This document shows, in pieces, positions 10,882 through 20,666 of a stretch of DNA of 64,000 bases. A model generated the notes under the pieces. The model did not search any database. It saw nothing but the letters and a program-made list of their open reading frames with translations, and was not told the DNA's origin. Every line of letters begins with the position of its first letter. Position 1 is the stretch's first letter. The stretch covers positions 76,193 to 140,192 of the forward strand of contig JBBFLF010000005.1 in NCBI GenBank assembly GCA_037481655.1, read 5' to 3'. The translations under genes were made by a program, and so were the position numbers. This DNA comes from Desulfobaccales bacterium (GTDB taxonomy: Bacteria > Desulfobacterota > Desulfobaccia > Desulfobaccales > 0-14-0-80-60-11).

Positions 10882-12048
10882 ATGAAGACGTCGTTGCGTT
10901 TGCGGAGAAGGTCAGGGGCGGGATGGGCGGGTCCCCGGCGTCTTCTGTGGCTCGCCGTGGTGCTGGGGAGTCTCCTGGCCGCGCCGGGGCTGGCCGGCTC
11001 TCCGGCCTGGGCCATCCGCCTCAAGGACATCGCCTCCTTCAAAGGGGTGCGTCCCAATCAGCTGGTGGGAAACGGCCTGGTGGTGGGCTTAAACGGCACC
11101 GGCGACGGCACCAACGTGGATTTCAACACCCAGGAACTGGCCAATTTCTTAAGCCAGCTGGGGGTGCAGGCTTCCAGGGACAAGCTCAAGGTGAAAAACA
11201 TCGCCGCGGTGGTGGTCACCGCCACCCTCCCCCCCTTCGCCCGGGTGGGCTCCCGCATTGACGTGCTGGTCTCCTCCATCGGCGATGCCAAAAGCCTCCA
11301 GGGCGGCACGCTGCTGCTCACGCCCCTGAAAGGCGTGGACGGCCAGGTCTATGCCCTGGCCCAGGGGCCGGTGACCGTGGGGGGCTTCACCGCCGGCGGC
11401 CAGGCCGGGGGCGGGGTCACCAAGAACCACCCCACCGCCGGGCGCATCGCCAACGGCGCCACCGTGGAGCGGGAGATCCCCCTGGATTTGCTGGGCAAGG
11501 ATGAATTCACCCTCACCCTGCACGAGGCGGATTTCACCACCTCCCAGCGGGCGGTGCAGGCCATCAACCGGCATCTCAAGGGTAACTACGCCCACTCCCG
11601 GGACGGCGCCACCATCGTCATCAAGCTGCCCCCGGGCTACAAGGACCGGGTGGTGCCCCTGTTGGCCGCCCTGGAGAACCTGGAGGTCACCCCGGACGCG
11701 CCCGCCAAGGTGGTCATTGACGAACGCAACGGCACCGTGGTCATGGGGGCCATGGTGCGCCTCTCCACCGTGGCCATCGCCCACGGCAATCTGGTGGTGC
11801 AGATCAAGGAGAGTCCCCGGGTCTCCCAGCCCCTGCCCTTCTCCCAGGGCCAGACCGTGGTCACCCCGGAGAGCACGGTGAGTGTCAAGGAAGGGGAAAA
11901 CCGCCTCATGGTCCTCCCCGAGGGGGTGAGCATCGGCCAGGTGGTGCAGGCCTTGAACGCCATCGGCGTCACCCCCCGGGACCTCATCGCCATTCTCCAG
12001 GCCATCAAGGCCGCCGGGGCGCTCCAGGCGGAGCTGGAGATCATCTAA
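10882..12048 (+). CDS. flgI: Flagellar P-ring protein FlgI
   Basis: 388 aa with signal peptide, then IRLKDIASFKGVRPNQLVGNGLVVGLNGTGDG. Confidence 0.9.
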   Translation: MKTSLRLRRRSGAGWAGPRRLLWLAVVLGSLLAAPGLAGSPAWAIRLKDIASFKGVRPNQLVGNGLVVGLNGTGDGTNVDFNTQELANFLSQLGVQASRDKLKVKNIAAVVVTATLPPFARVGSRIDVLVSSIGDAKSLQGGTLLLTPLKGVDGQVYALAQGPVTVGGFTAGGQAGGGVTKNHPTAGRIANGATVEREIPLDLLGKDEFTLTLHEADFTTSQRAVQAINRHLKGNYAHSRDGATIVIKLPPGYKDRVVPLLAALENLEVTPDAPAKVVIDERNGTVVMGAMVRLSTVAIAHGNLVVQIKESPRVSQPLPFSQGQTVVTPESTVSVKEGENRLMVLPEGVSIGQVVQALNAIGVTPRDLIAILQAIKAAGALQAELEII

Positions 12049-12160
12049 AACTCTGGGGGGCTGGAAGGGAAAGCCGGCCAAGTATTCCGGCAAGTCGAGA
12101 GGCGGAACGCGGCTGGGTATCAGAAACTGAGCGGGGAATCCCGGGGAGGCAGGCAAGGCG

Positions 12161-12586
12161 GTGATGATGGGGATATCCGGAAATCCAATGCCGACAAAAG
12201 GCGGGCAGGAAGTCTCTCTCCCCAGCGCCGGCGGGCCCGGCCGGGACCGCCAGGTGAGGGAGGCTCACAAGGGCCTGGCCCAGGCCTGCCAGGAGGTGGA
12301 GGAGCTTTTCCTCACCCAGCTTCTGGGGGCCTTGCGGCGCACCCTCCTTAATGGCCTCAAAAAGTCCGACACCCAGAGGGAAAAATACCAGGCCCTGGCG
12401 GATCAGGAGGTGGCCAAGGCCCTGGCCGCTTCCGGCGGCTTGGGGCTTGGGCGCCTGTTGTATCAGCATCTGGCGGGGGAGAGGCTCTCCCGCCCGGAAA
12501 GGGAAAGCCATGGAGAGCGGGAATCTGAATCACCCCGAGACTCCCGAGGAACTGGCCCGGCAGCTGTTGACCTGTCTGAAGCGTGA
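12161..12586 (+). CDS. flgJ: Rod-binding protein (FlgJ N-terminal domain only, no muramidase domain)
   Basis: 141 aa with the rod-binding signature ACQEVEELFLTQLLGALRRT. Position after flgI. Confidence 0.65.
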   Translation: MMMGISGNPMPTKGGQEVSLPSAGGPGRDRQVREAHKGLAQACQEVEELFLTQLLGALRRTLLNGLKKSDTQREKYQALADQEVAKALAASGGLGLGRLLYQHLAGERLSRPERESHGERESESPRDSRGTGPAAVDLSEA

Positions 12587-12911
12587 GGAGGAGGCTCTGC
12601 GCACCGCGGAGGAGGCGGAAATCCTGGCGGTGGCCCGGGACAAGGACGACCTCCTGGCCCGACTGTCGGCTTGGCAAGCCCGCTCGGAAGGGGCACTTCA
12701 GGGGGAAGGGTCCGTGGCCCAGGCCATTCCTGAGGGCCTCCGGCGTCGGCTGGCGGCCCAGGCGGCCCGCAACCGGGCCCTCCTCCAGGCGGCCCTGGAG
12801 GCCATCCAGGATTTCCTGCATCTCCTGATGCCCTCAGGGCCCGGAACCTACGAAGCGGAGGGCCGCCTGAGGCCGGGTGCAGGCGGCAGCCTGGTGCACC
12901 GCCAGGTCTAA
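12510..12911 (+). CDS. FlgN-like flagellar export chaperone (tentative)
   Basis: 133-aa helical acidic ORF from an internal ATG, positioned upstream of flgK-flgL. Heptad-like Leu/Ala/Glu pattern typical of FlgN. Confidence 0.45.
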   Translation: MESGNLNHPETPEELARQLLTCLKREEEALRTAEEAEILAVARDKDDLLARLSAWQARSEGALQGEGSVAQAIPEGLRRRLAAQAARNRALLQAALEAIQDFLHLLMPSGPGTYEAEGRLRPGAGGSLVHRQV

Positions 12912-13235
12912 CACCGACACTTGGGCGCCAGGCAGAGAGGGGATTAAAGGATAGCGCGACACCGCGCCGTTACGGCCGCAATCCGGGCACGAGGGCAATA
13001 GCCGCCCCCCGTTGGGCCAAGCTCCCCTGCGGCCGGGAAAAGGGCATCAGAGGAGGAGGCCACCCAGCCAGGTGGCGGAAATGCCCTTTCTTTTAAAAGA
13101 AAGAGAAGGAGAAGCCGGGCGTCAGGAAGGCTCCCTGGTCTGAGGGGTAGCCTCACTCGGATACCGGCCCTGAAAAGGGGCCCGCAGGCAGCTTTCGGTT
13201 TCCTGAACCCTCAATGTGCTAAAGAGGATGCACTC

Positions 13236-14951
13236 ATGTCCGGCATCACCGCCATCCTGGACATCGCCATGCGAGCCCTGGCCGCCGAGCAGCTCGGGGT
13301 GGAGGTCACCAGCCATAATGTGGCCAACGTCAACACCCCCGGCTACTCCCGGCAGAAGGTGAACTATGTCACCGCCTATCCGGTGCCCTCCCCCTGGGGG
13401 CCCCTGGGAAACGGCGTCAAAGTGCAAGGAATCGAACGGGCCTTCGACCCCTTCATCGCCGCCCGCCTGGATCAGCAAAGCGCCACTTTAAGCCAATACC
13501 GCACCCTGGCGGCCCAGCTGGAGCAGGTGGCCGGCCTCTTCAATGAAACCCAGGCCGGCGGTTTGACCGAGCATCTGTCTGCCTTTTTCGCCGCCTGGCA
13601 CGACTTGGCGGACCATCCCGTGGGGGCCGGGGAGCGCCAGGCCCTATTCCAGGAGGCCTTGAGCCTCACCGAGGCCTTTGCTTACCGCGCCGATCAGCTG
13701 GTGGCGGCCCGCACCTCCCTCACCCAGCAATTGGCTCCCGTCATCGAGGAAATCAACGCCCATGCCCGGCGCATCGCCGAGCTCAACCGGGAGATCCAGA
13801 TCTCCGAGGCCAACGGGCAGCAGGCCAATGATCTCCGGGACCAGCGGCAGCGGGAAATCAGCGCCCTGGCGGAGCTTGTGGGCATCCGCACCTTCACCAC
13901 CACCGATGGCATGGTGAACGTCACCTTGGCCAATGGCGTCACCCTCACCCAGGGAGTGCAGGCCTGGAGCCTGGCCTTCGAGATCACCCCGGCGGACACC
14001 GTGGCGATCTTGTGGCAGGGCCCCGGGGGCCTCACCCAGGACCTCACCGCAGGCCTGAGCGGCGGCCGCCTCACCGCCCTCTTTGCCATGCGGGATCAGC
14101 TCATTCCCCGGTATCAAAACGACCTGGATGAACTGGCCCGGGAGCTCATCTTCGCCGTGAATGAGCTTCACAGCCAGGGCACCGGCCTCACCCTGGCCGC
14201 CTCTCAGAGCGGCATCTATGCGGTGACCGACCCCGCCCTGCCCCTCAACGCCGCCGGCCTGCCCTTCGGCGAGCGCCTCACCGCCGGCAGCGTGACCTTG
14301 GTGGTGGAGCGGGCAGGCCAGCCCGTGGCCCAGACCACCCTGGCCTTTGACCCGGCCATGTCCTTGAATGATCTCATCACCGCCATCAACACCGATGCGG
14401 CGCTGGCGGGGCTTATCACCGCCAGCGAGGCGGACGGCCGCCTGGTGCTCACCGCCGCAGTCCCCGGGGATACCCTGGGGTTTGGCGAGGACACCGCTCA
14501 TCTCTGGGCAAGCTTGGGTCTTAATACCTTCTTCACCGGGGACAAAGCCTATACTTTCGGGGTCAATCCGTGGGTGCTGGCGGATGCCGGGGCCATTGCC
14601 AGCGGCCGCCTCAACCCCGACGGCACCCGGGCCCCCGGGGACAACCGCACCGCCCTGGCCCTGGCGGATCTGGAGACGGCCCCGGCCGGTCCCGATGGCC
14701 TCACCTTTGCCGCCGCCTACGAGCGCCTGGTGAGCTCCCTGGGCCTGGAGGGCGAAAGCGCCAGGAATCAAGCCGACTTTTTCCAGGCGGTGGTGGACCA
14801 GCTCACCCGCATGCGGGATGCGGTCTCCGGGGTATCCCTGGATGAGGAGCTGGCCAACCTCATCAAATTCCAGCGGGCCTATCAGGCCGCGGCCCGCCTC
14901 ATCACCATCGCCGACGAGCTCTACGAAACCCTCCTGGGCATCAAACGATAG
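13236..14951 (+). CDS. flgK: Flagellar hook-associated protein 1 FlgK
   Basis: 571 aa. N-terminal SHNVANVNTPGYSRQ and C-terminal LDEELANLIKFQRAYQAAARLI. Confidence 0.9.
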   Translation: MSGITAILDIAMRALAAEQLGVEVTSHNVANVNTPGYSRQKVNYVTAYPVPSPWGPLGNGVKVQGIERAFDPFIAARLDQQSATLSQYRTLAAQLEQVAGLFNETQAGGLTEHLSAFFAAWHDLADHPVGAGERQALFQEALSLTEAFAYRADQLVAARTSLTQQLAPVIEEINAHARRIAELNREIQISEANGQQANDLRDQRQREISALAELVGIRTFTTTDGMVNVTLANGVTLTQGVQAWSLAFEITPADTVAILWQGPGGLTQDLTAGLSGGRLTALFAMRDQLIPRYQNDLDELARELIFAVNELHSQGTGLTLAASQSGIYAVTDPALPLNAAGLPFGERLTAGSVTLVVERAGQPVAQTTLAFDPAMSLNDLITAINTDAALAGLITASEADGRLVLTAAVPGDTLGFGEDTAHLWASLGLNTFFTGDKAYTFGVNPWVLADAGAIASGRLNPDGTRAPGDNRTALALADLETAPAGPDGLTFAAAYERLVSSLGLEGESARNQADFFQAVVDQLTRMRDAVSGVSLDEELANLIKFQRAYQAAARLITIADELYETLLGIKR

Positions 14952-14964
14952 GGGGGCATCCGCC

Positions 14965-16134
14965 ATGCGCGTCTCCATGCCCACGATTTTCAATGGCATC
15001 CAAAGCCATCTGGCCTCTTTGGCAGAGGAATTGCAAAGGATTAATGCAAGCCTCGCCTCGGGCCGCAAGTATCAGAGCATCACTGACAACCCGGTGGAGG
15101 TGGGGGCCATCCTGGGACTGGGGACCGAGTCCGGCCAGGTGATGCAGTATCAACGGAATCTGGCCACCGCCCAGGACTGGCTCAGGATCACGGAGACGAC
15201 CCTGCAGAATATCAACGACCTGGTGCGGCGGGCCATGACCCTGGCCAACCAGATGGCCACCGGGACCTATACCGCCGCCCAGCGAGCCGCCGCCGCCCGG
15301 GAGGTCCAAGGGCTGCTGGAGGAGGTGATGCAGGTGGGCAATACCCGGTGGAACGGCCAACACATTCTTTCGGGTTATCGGGTGCACACCGCCCCCTTTG
15401 CCCCCGGGGATTGGGAGGTCCAGACTCCCATCTACCACCTCACCCCCGGCTCCGGCGGCAGCGTCACTGCCGGCGGCGCCTATACCGGCACCGAACCTGT
15501 GAGTTATGTGGTGGAAATCGTGGCGGGCGGCCCCGTGGGAGTGGCCACCTACCGGGTGTCCACGGATGGCGGCCAGACCTGGTCGGGAGAGCAGATCACG
15601 GGGGCGGCAGTTCCCTTGGGGGCGGAAGGGGTGACGGCGGATTTTTTTGGCACCTGGCAGGCGGGAGATCGCTTCAGTATCTCCGTGCGGCAGCCGATAG
15701 AGTATCAGGGGGACGACCATCCCCTGGAACTGGGCATCGGCCGCCAGAGCCGGCTCCAGGTGAATGAAGTGGGAAGGACTGCGGTGGGAGGGGATGGGGG
15801 TCCCCTGGATGTTTTTCGCATCCTGGGCCGCTTACAAAACGGCTTGCAGGCCAATGATCTGACGGAGATCGGGGCGTCTTTGGAAGAGCTGCGCACCTAC
15901 CAGAACCACCTGGACAGCCGCCTGGCTGGCCTGGGGGCCGGACTCAACCGGGTGGAGGTGAAAAACCGGGTTTATGACAGCGTTCTGAGTCGGTTGACCA
16001 GCAGCCTGAGCGCCAAAGGGGATACGGATGTGGTGGCCGCGGTGAATGCCCTGAAGGCCGCGGAAACCGCCTACCAGGCGGCTTTGCTGTCCGCCACCAA
16101 GGTGATGAACCTCAGCCTGTTGGAATATATGTAG
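14965..16134 (+). CDS. flgL: Flagellar hook-associated protein 3 FlgL
   Basis: Starts MRVSMPTIF. Flagellin-like N- and C-terminal helices (ETAYQAALLSATKVMNLSLLEYM). Confidence 0.85.
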   Translation: MRVSMPTIFNGIQSHLASLAEELQRINASLASGRKYQSITDNPVEVGAILGLGTESGQVMQYQRNLATAQDWLRITETTLQNINDLVRRAMTLANQMATGTYTAAQRAAAAREVQGLLEEVMQVGNTRWNGQHILSGYRVHTAPFAPGDWEVQTPIYHLTPGSGGSVTAGGAYTGTEPVSYVVEIVAGGPVGVATYRVSTDGGQTWSGEQITGAAVPLGAEGVTADFFGTWQAGDRFSISVRQPIEYQGDDHPLELGIGRQSRLQVNEVGRTAVGGDGGPLDVFRILGRLQNGLQANDLTEIGASLEELRTYQNHLDSRLAGLGAGLNRVEVKNRVYDSVLSRLTSSLSAKGDTDVVAAVNALKAAETAYQAALLSATKVMNLSLLEYM

Positions 16135-16223
16135 TCAAAACCGAAGCAAGGAAACCGAGCACCCCCGGGGAGGTGGCGGGCCACCCTTCAGGGGGGGCCT
16201 AAAGGCCATCGGTAACCAGGAAG

Positions 16224-16496
16224 GTGACCGTGCTGATTCTGACCCGCAAAGCCGGAGAAGGCCTGTACATCGGTGATCACATCCGCATCACCGTGGTGGA
16301 AATCCGGGGCAAGCAGATCCGCCTCGGTATCGAAGCGCCGGAACAAGTGGTCGTCCTCAGGGAAGAGATCTATCACCGCATCCGGGAACAGAACCTCCGG
16401 GCTGCGGGAGTGGCGCCCCTGGACGTCAAAGAGATCGCCCAGCTGTGGAGGCAGGAAAAGGACCATGAGTCCCAACCCCCAAACCCAACCACCTGA
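16224..16496 (+). CDS. csrA: Carbon storage regulator CsrA, with a long C-terminal tail as in the FliW-partnered type
   Basis: [40 protein letters not shown] start. Confidence 0.9.
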   Translation: MTVLILTRKAGEGLYIGDHIRITVVEIRGKQIRLGIEAPEQVVVLREEIYHRIREQNLRAAGVAPLDVKEIAQLWRQEKDHESQPPNPTT

Positions 16497-16944
16497 GCCG
16501 CCCCCGGTTACGGTGGAGACCCGCAACTTCGGCCCCCTGGTGGTGCAGCCGGAGCAGATTCTGGAATTCCGCCCGGGGCTTCTGGGCTTTGCGGATCATA
16601 CCCGCTATGTCCTCATCGAACGCCCCCAGGATGCGCCTTTTCTCTGGTTGCAATCCGTGGAGCGGCCGGATCTGGCCTTTGTGGTGGTGGACCCGGTCCT
16701 TTTCTTTCCCCACTATCAGCCCGCCCGGCGGTCTCAGGTCCTCAAGGAAGTGGAAGCCCAGAGCCCCGACGAGGTGAAAGTCCTGGTGATTGTCACCATT
16801 CCCCCCGGACGGCCCCAGGAGATGACCGTCAATCTCATGGGGCCCCTGGTCATCAACCTCCGGACCCGCCGCGGCCGCCAAGTGGTGCTGGAGGACCAAC
16901 GCTTGTCCCACCGCCAGCCGCTGCTGCCGGCATCCGAAACCTGA
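16465..16944 (+). CDS. fliW: Flagellar assembly factor FliW
   Basis: 159 aa from an internal ATG overlapping the csrA 3' end. FliW pattern ([38 protein letters not shown]). Confidence 0.9.
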   Translation: MSPNPQTQPPEPPPVTVETRNFGPLVVQPEQILEFRPGLLGFADHTRYVLIERPQDAPFLWLQSVERPDLAFVVVDPVLFFPHYQPARRSQVLKEVEAQSPDEVKVLVIVTIPPGRPQEMTVNLMGPLVINLRTRRGRQVVLEDQRLSHRQPLLPASET

Positions 16945-17463
16945 GGATCCGAAAATGAGTGGTTACTGAGTCAAAGGCGGTGGCCACAGCTATCAGCGCC
17001 TGGCCTCCCCCCTGAGGATTCCGGGAGGGGAAGGAGGATCCGGGCCAGGTCATCGCATCTTGCCTTATGGGAAGAAATACATAGCTTAAGCAGGTTTGCC
17101 GGCTGGGGAAGCAGGGACTTCAGAATTTCCCCTTTCCCGCCCAGGAGGCTGGGTGATGGACGGTCTCGTTTCTCCGGGTTTTGGCACTTGAGGCCACCGG
17201 CCCTGCGCCTGGGGCTGGGCCTTCACGGCTCACTGGGGAGGAATGCCACAGGGTGTTTGGCAACGCGGGCTCTGGCCAGCGCTTCGCCCTCCCAGGAAGA
17301 GAGCCCTGTCTTCTCTGCTTTTTTAGGGCTCCTCAGGACTTCCCCTATCTTCATGACAAGGAGGCGTCCTCTCCAAAGCGGCTCATGACCCCGTAGCCCA
17401 TCTCCCCCGCAGGTTTTTGCCGCCTTTCTCCCATTTTTGGGGCTGTCACAGCAAAATATTGAG

Positions 17464-17491
17464 TTGACTTTCCCCGGCGGCTCATTATACT
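17464..17491 (+). promoter_or_regulatory. Sigma70-like promoter (TTGACT-N16-TATACT)
   Basis: Near-consensus -35 and -10 hexamers about 85 nt upstream of the 17576 ORF. Confidence 0.4.
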
Positions 17492-17575
17492 TAGGGACAG
17501 TGATAACTGCGGCTTTTTCTGTTATCTCCATAGGGGGGGAAAGCCGGGGACCAACTCACCAAAAGGAGGAAGGGT

Positions 17576-17896
17576 ATGCGGTCGAAAATGCTGGTAGCTG
17601 TGATCCTGGCAGTGGTGGCGGCGATGTTCCTCGCCTCCGGCGCCATGGCCCAGAAACTGCTGTGCGTCTCCAAACAGGAACTTAAAGGCGAAGAAACGGT
17701 GGCCTCCTGCCTGGCCAAAGGTGAGCGTTTCGCCATCGTGGACCAGTTCGGCATCGTGCGCATCCTGACCCCGGAAGAGGTGGAACTGACCAAGGCCTTC
17801 AACCCCAAGGCGTTTCAGATGCGGGCTTTCGGCCTCAAGTATGAAAAGATTGCGCCGAAGATCGCCCCTCTGCCGGTGGCTCCCGAGCAGCAGTAG
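17576..17896 (+). CDS. Small secreted protein of unknown function
   Basis: 106 aa with strong RBS (AAAGGAGGAAGGGTATG) and a signal peptide ending ..GAMA-QK. Followed by an intrinsic terminator. Confidence 0.6.
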   Translation: MRSKMLVAVILAVVAAMFLASGAMAQKLLCVSKQELKGEETVASCLAKGERFAIVDQFGIVRILTPEEVELTKAFNPKAFQMRAFGLKYEKIAPKIAPLPVAPEQQ

Positions 17897-17950
17897 GCCA
17901 TCTCTCCTGTCAGGGGCCCGGCTGGCCCGAGACCAAATGACCTGAAACCA

Positions 17951-17989
17951 AGCGCCCTCTACGCCCATGGCAGGAGGGCGCTTTTCTTT
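17951..17989 (+). terminator. Rho-independent terminator
   Basis: 9-bp GC stem (AGCGCCCTC...GAGGGCGCT) followed by TTTTCTTT. Confidence 0.6.
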
Positions 17990-18039
17990 GGGCACCCACA
18001 GTTCCCGTCACATCCTTGCAGGGCACAGGAGGCCCGGGG

Positions 18040-18771
18040 ATGAACATGCTGGAAATCGAAGACCTCTGGGTTCATATTGACGGCCGGGAAGTCCTCCGGG
18101 GCATCAATCTGAAAATCCCCGTGGGCGAGACCCATATCCTGTTCGGCAAAAACGGCTCCGGCAAGACCTCCCTGCTCATGACCATCATGGGCTTCAGCCG
18201 CTACCAGGTGGTGCAGGGGCGCATCCTGCTCAACGGAGAGGACATCACTCATTTGCCCCCCTTCGAGCGGGCCCGCCGGGGGGTGGGCATGGCCTTCCAG
18301 CGTCCCCCCACCATCCGGGGCCTCAAGACCCTGGACCTATTGAGAGCCTGCGCCGGCGGCGGCCAGGAGGTCCTGGCCCTGGCCCAGCGCTACGACTTTC
18401 TGCCCTTCCTGGACCGGGAGGTGAATTACGGCTTTTCCGGCGGCGAGCTCAAGCGCTCAGAGCTCATGCAGCTCTTGGCCCAGGACCCTTCCCTGGTTCT
18501 CCTGGATGAGCCGGAATCCGGGGTGGACCTGGAAAATCTTCAGGTGGTGGGGGAGATCATCACCCAGCTCCTGCAAAAAGGCCGGCGTCGTTCACACCGG
18601 GAGAAATCCGGCCTCATCATCACCCACACCGGCTTCATCCTCAACTATGTCAATGCGGATGTGGGTTACATCATGCTGGAGGGCCGGGTCCTGTGCGCCG
18701 GCAACCCCCGGGAGCTCCTGGAGGACATCAAGAAATTCGGCTACGAGGAGTGCATCCGATGTCGGAGGTGA
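18040..18771 (+). CDS. sufC: Fe-S cluster assembly ATPase SufC-like
   Basis: ABC ATPase without a TM partner. Walker A GKNGSGKT, signature FSGGELKR, Walker B LVLLDEPESG. Overlaps the SufB/D gene. Confidence 0.8.
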   Translation: MNMLEIEDLWVHIDGREVLRGINLKIPVGETHILFGKNGSGKTSLLMTIMGFSRYQVVQGRILLNGEDITHLPPFERARRGVGMAFQRPPTIRGLKTLDLLRACAGGGQEVLALAQRYDFLPFLDREVNYGFSGGELKRSELMQLLAQDPSLVLLDEPESGVDLENLQVVGEIITQLLQKGRRRSHREKSGLIITHTGFILNYVNADVGYIMLEGRVLCAGNPRELLEDIKKFGYEECIRCRR

Positions 18772-19970
18772 AAGCCAAGGCCAAGGAAAGCCTCAGCAAA
18801 AAAGCGCCCCTGGGGCCGGACCTCAACCTGGAGGATTTTGTCCGGGAAGGCGGCGCCTGGAGCTACGACCCCGACTACAGCCGCTTCACCCCGGAGGAAC
18901 GGGGGCACCTGCTTAAAGCCGGCATCGAGCTCACCGATGTGGAGCATGCCGGCACCTTCCTCCAGGCCGATACCGCGGTGGTGCATTGCCAGGCCAACCG
19001 GCCGGGGGTGGAGCTCATGCCCCTCTCCCGGGCACGGGAGCAGTATGACTGGCTGCAGGACCTCCTTTGGACCCTGGTGCCCGTGGACGCCGACAAATAC
19101 ACGGCCTATGCCGAGCTCTCCCCCGGCAACGGCTACTTCATCCGGGCCCTCCCCGGCGTGAAGGTGCCCGAGCCGGTGGAGGCCTGCCTGTATCTGCGCA
19201 CCGACCGCTTCGCCCAGCCGGTGCACAACGTGGTCATCGTGGAGCCTGGGGCCCGGCTGCACATCATCACCGGCTGCACCACCCACCCCCAGGTGCGCTC
19301 CGGCCTGCATGTGGGCGTCTCCGAGTTTTTTGTAAGGGAAGGCGGCCACCTGACCTTTACCATGGTGCACAACTGGGCTGAGGAGGTGCACGTGCGGCCC
19401 CGCACCGCGGTGCACGTGGAGGCCGGCGGCACTTACATCTCCCACTACATCATGCTGCGGCCGGTCAAAACCGTGCAGACCTACCCCACCGTCACCCTGG
19501 CGGGGGAGGGAGCGGTGGCCAGCCTCAATTCCGTCATCATCGCCCACCCCGGTTCCGAGATCGACATCGGCGGCCGGGTGCTGCTGAAGGCTCCCGGCAC
19601 CCGGGCCGAGGTCATCGCCCGCACCCTCACCACCGGCGGCACCTGCATCAGCCGGGGGCACCTGGTGGGGGAGGTGCCGGAGGTCAAGGCCCACCTGGAA
19701 TGCCGCGGCCTCATCCTCGCCCCCAAAGGCATCATTTATGCCATCCCCGAACTGGAGGGCCGGGCCGCCGGGGTGGACATGTCCCACGAAGCCGCGGTGG
19801 GCCGCATCGCCCAGGAGGAGGTGGAATACCTCATGGCCCGGGGTCTGGATGAGGACCAGGCGGTCTCCACCATCGTCCGGGGCTTCCTCTCCGTGCAGAT
19901 CGAGGGCCTCCCTCCCGCTTTGGTGGCCGAGCTGGAGCAGGCGGTACAGGAGTCCGGCAAGGGCTTGTGA
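18759..19970 (+). CDS. Fe-S cluster assembly scaffold, SufB/SufD family
   Basis: 403 aa from an internal ATG. Beta-helix-like SufBD core with C-terminal HEAAVGRIAQEEVEYLMARGL motif. Confidence 0.8.
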   Translation: MSEVKAKAKESLSKKAPLGPDLNLEDFVREGGAWSYDPDYSRFTPEERGHLLKAGIELTDVEHAGTFLQADTAVVHCQANRPGVELMPLSRAREQYDWLQDLLWTLVPVDADKYTAYAELSPGNGYFIRALPGVKVPEPVEACLYLRTDRFAQPVHNVVIVEPGARLHIITGCTTHPQVRSGLHVGVSEFFVREGGHLTFTMVHNWAEEVHVRPRTAVHVEAGGTYISHYIMLRPVKTVQTYPTVTLAGEGAVASLNSVIIAHPGSEIDIGGRVLLKAPGTRAEVIARTLTTGGTCISRGHLVGEVPEVKAHLECRGLILAPKGIIYAIPELEGRAAGVDMSHEAAVGRIAQEEVEYLMARGLDEDQAVSTIVRGFLSVQIEGLPPALVAELEQAVQESGKGL

Positions 19971-20666
19971 CCCCGCCAGACGCTGACCCGGGGGGAAGCG
20001 TGGACGGCCGAGAACATCCCCGGGCCCGGAGGCATGGATTTTTCCAGAAGGTTGGCTCCCCATGGCCAAGCGCTCCCCCCGGCGATAAAGGCCCACGGCT
20101 TAAATGCGGCTTTGCCCCCTTTTTGAGCTGCCCCCTGGAGATCTCCTTTCAAATCCTTCCCTCGCTCATCCAACTCAACCCTCGCCCTTTCCCAACTTCA
20201 GGGCCGCAAGGAGTTCTCCCTCCAGCTTGGGTGGTGTCCGTCTCTGGTCTGAAAAGTCCCAGCACCTGGAGCTGAGTCCGTGGAATTATTGGGCGGTAGC
20301 AGAAGGACCAAAGTTCCTGCAACACCAAAGGGTCCGGGGTGGGGACTTTAATTCGTCCCATGCAAAAAAATTATTCTCTCAGTGAGGGGTCTCTGATAAT
20401 ATTCCTCTTTAAGAAAAATTTTCGGATATGCGGGTCAATCCACCACCTCTCAAGATCATCTGGTCAGTGATGGACGGCTTGATTTCTCCCTGGGTGGGGA
20501 AAAGATTATTTGGAGAAGGACCGGGGGGCCGGGGGACTTTGAGCATCCCTCCCCACCCCTTAAAGGAGGGGGATCGGGGGGAGGTTTGGGAAGAGAGACC
20601 TCCGCCTCCTGGTCTCCTCCCCCCGCAGCCGGCGGCAATAGCCTTAATTGGCCGATAGATCTTGAT

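Noticed and set aside
12944-12975. TAAAG..GCCGTTAC as a sigma28 promoter for flgK
   Set aside because: Spacer is about 17 nt instead of 15, the -10 matches only 6/8, it lies about 290 nt from the start codon, and it overlaps a GCGCG/CGCGC hairpin that more likely ends the upstream transcript.
17181-17200. TGGCAC motif (TTTGGCACTTGAGGCC) as a sigma54 promoter in the fliW-downstream spacer
   Set aside because: The -12 element is missing (GCC instead of TTGC at the correct spacing), and no gene follows within a sensible distance.
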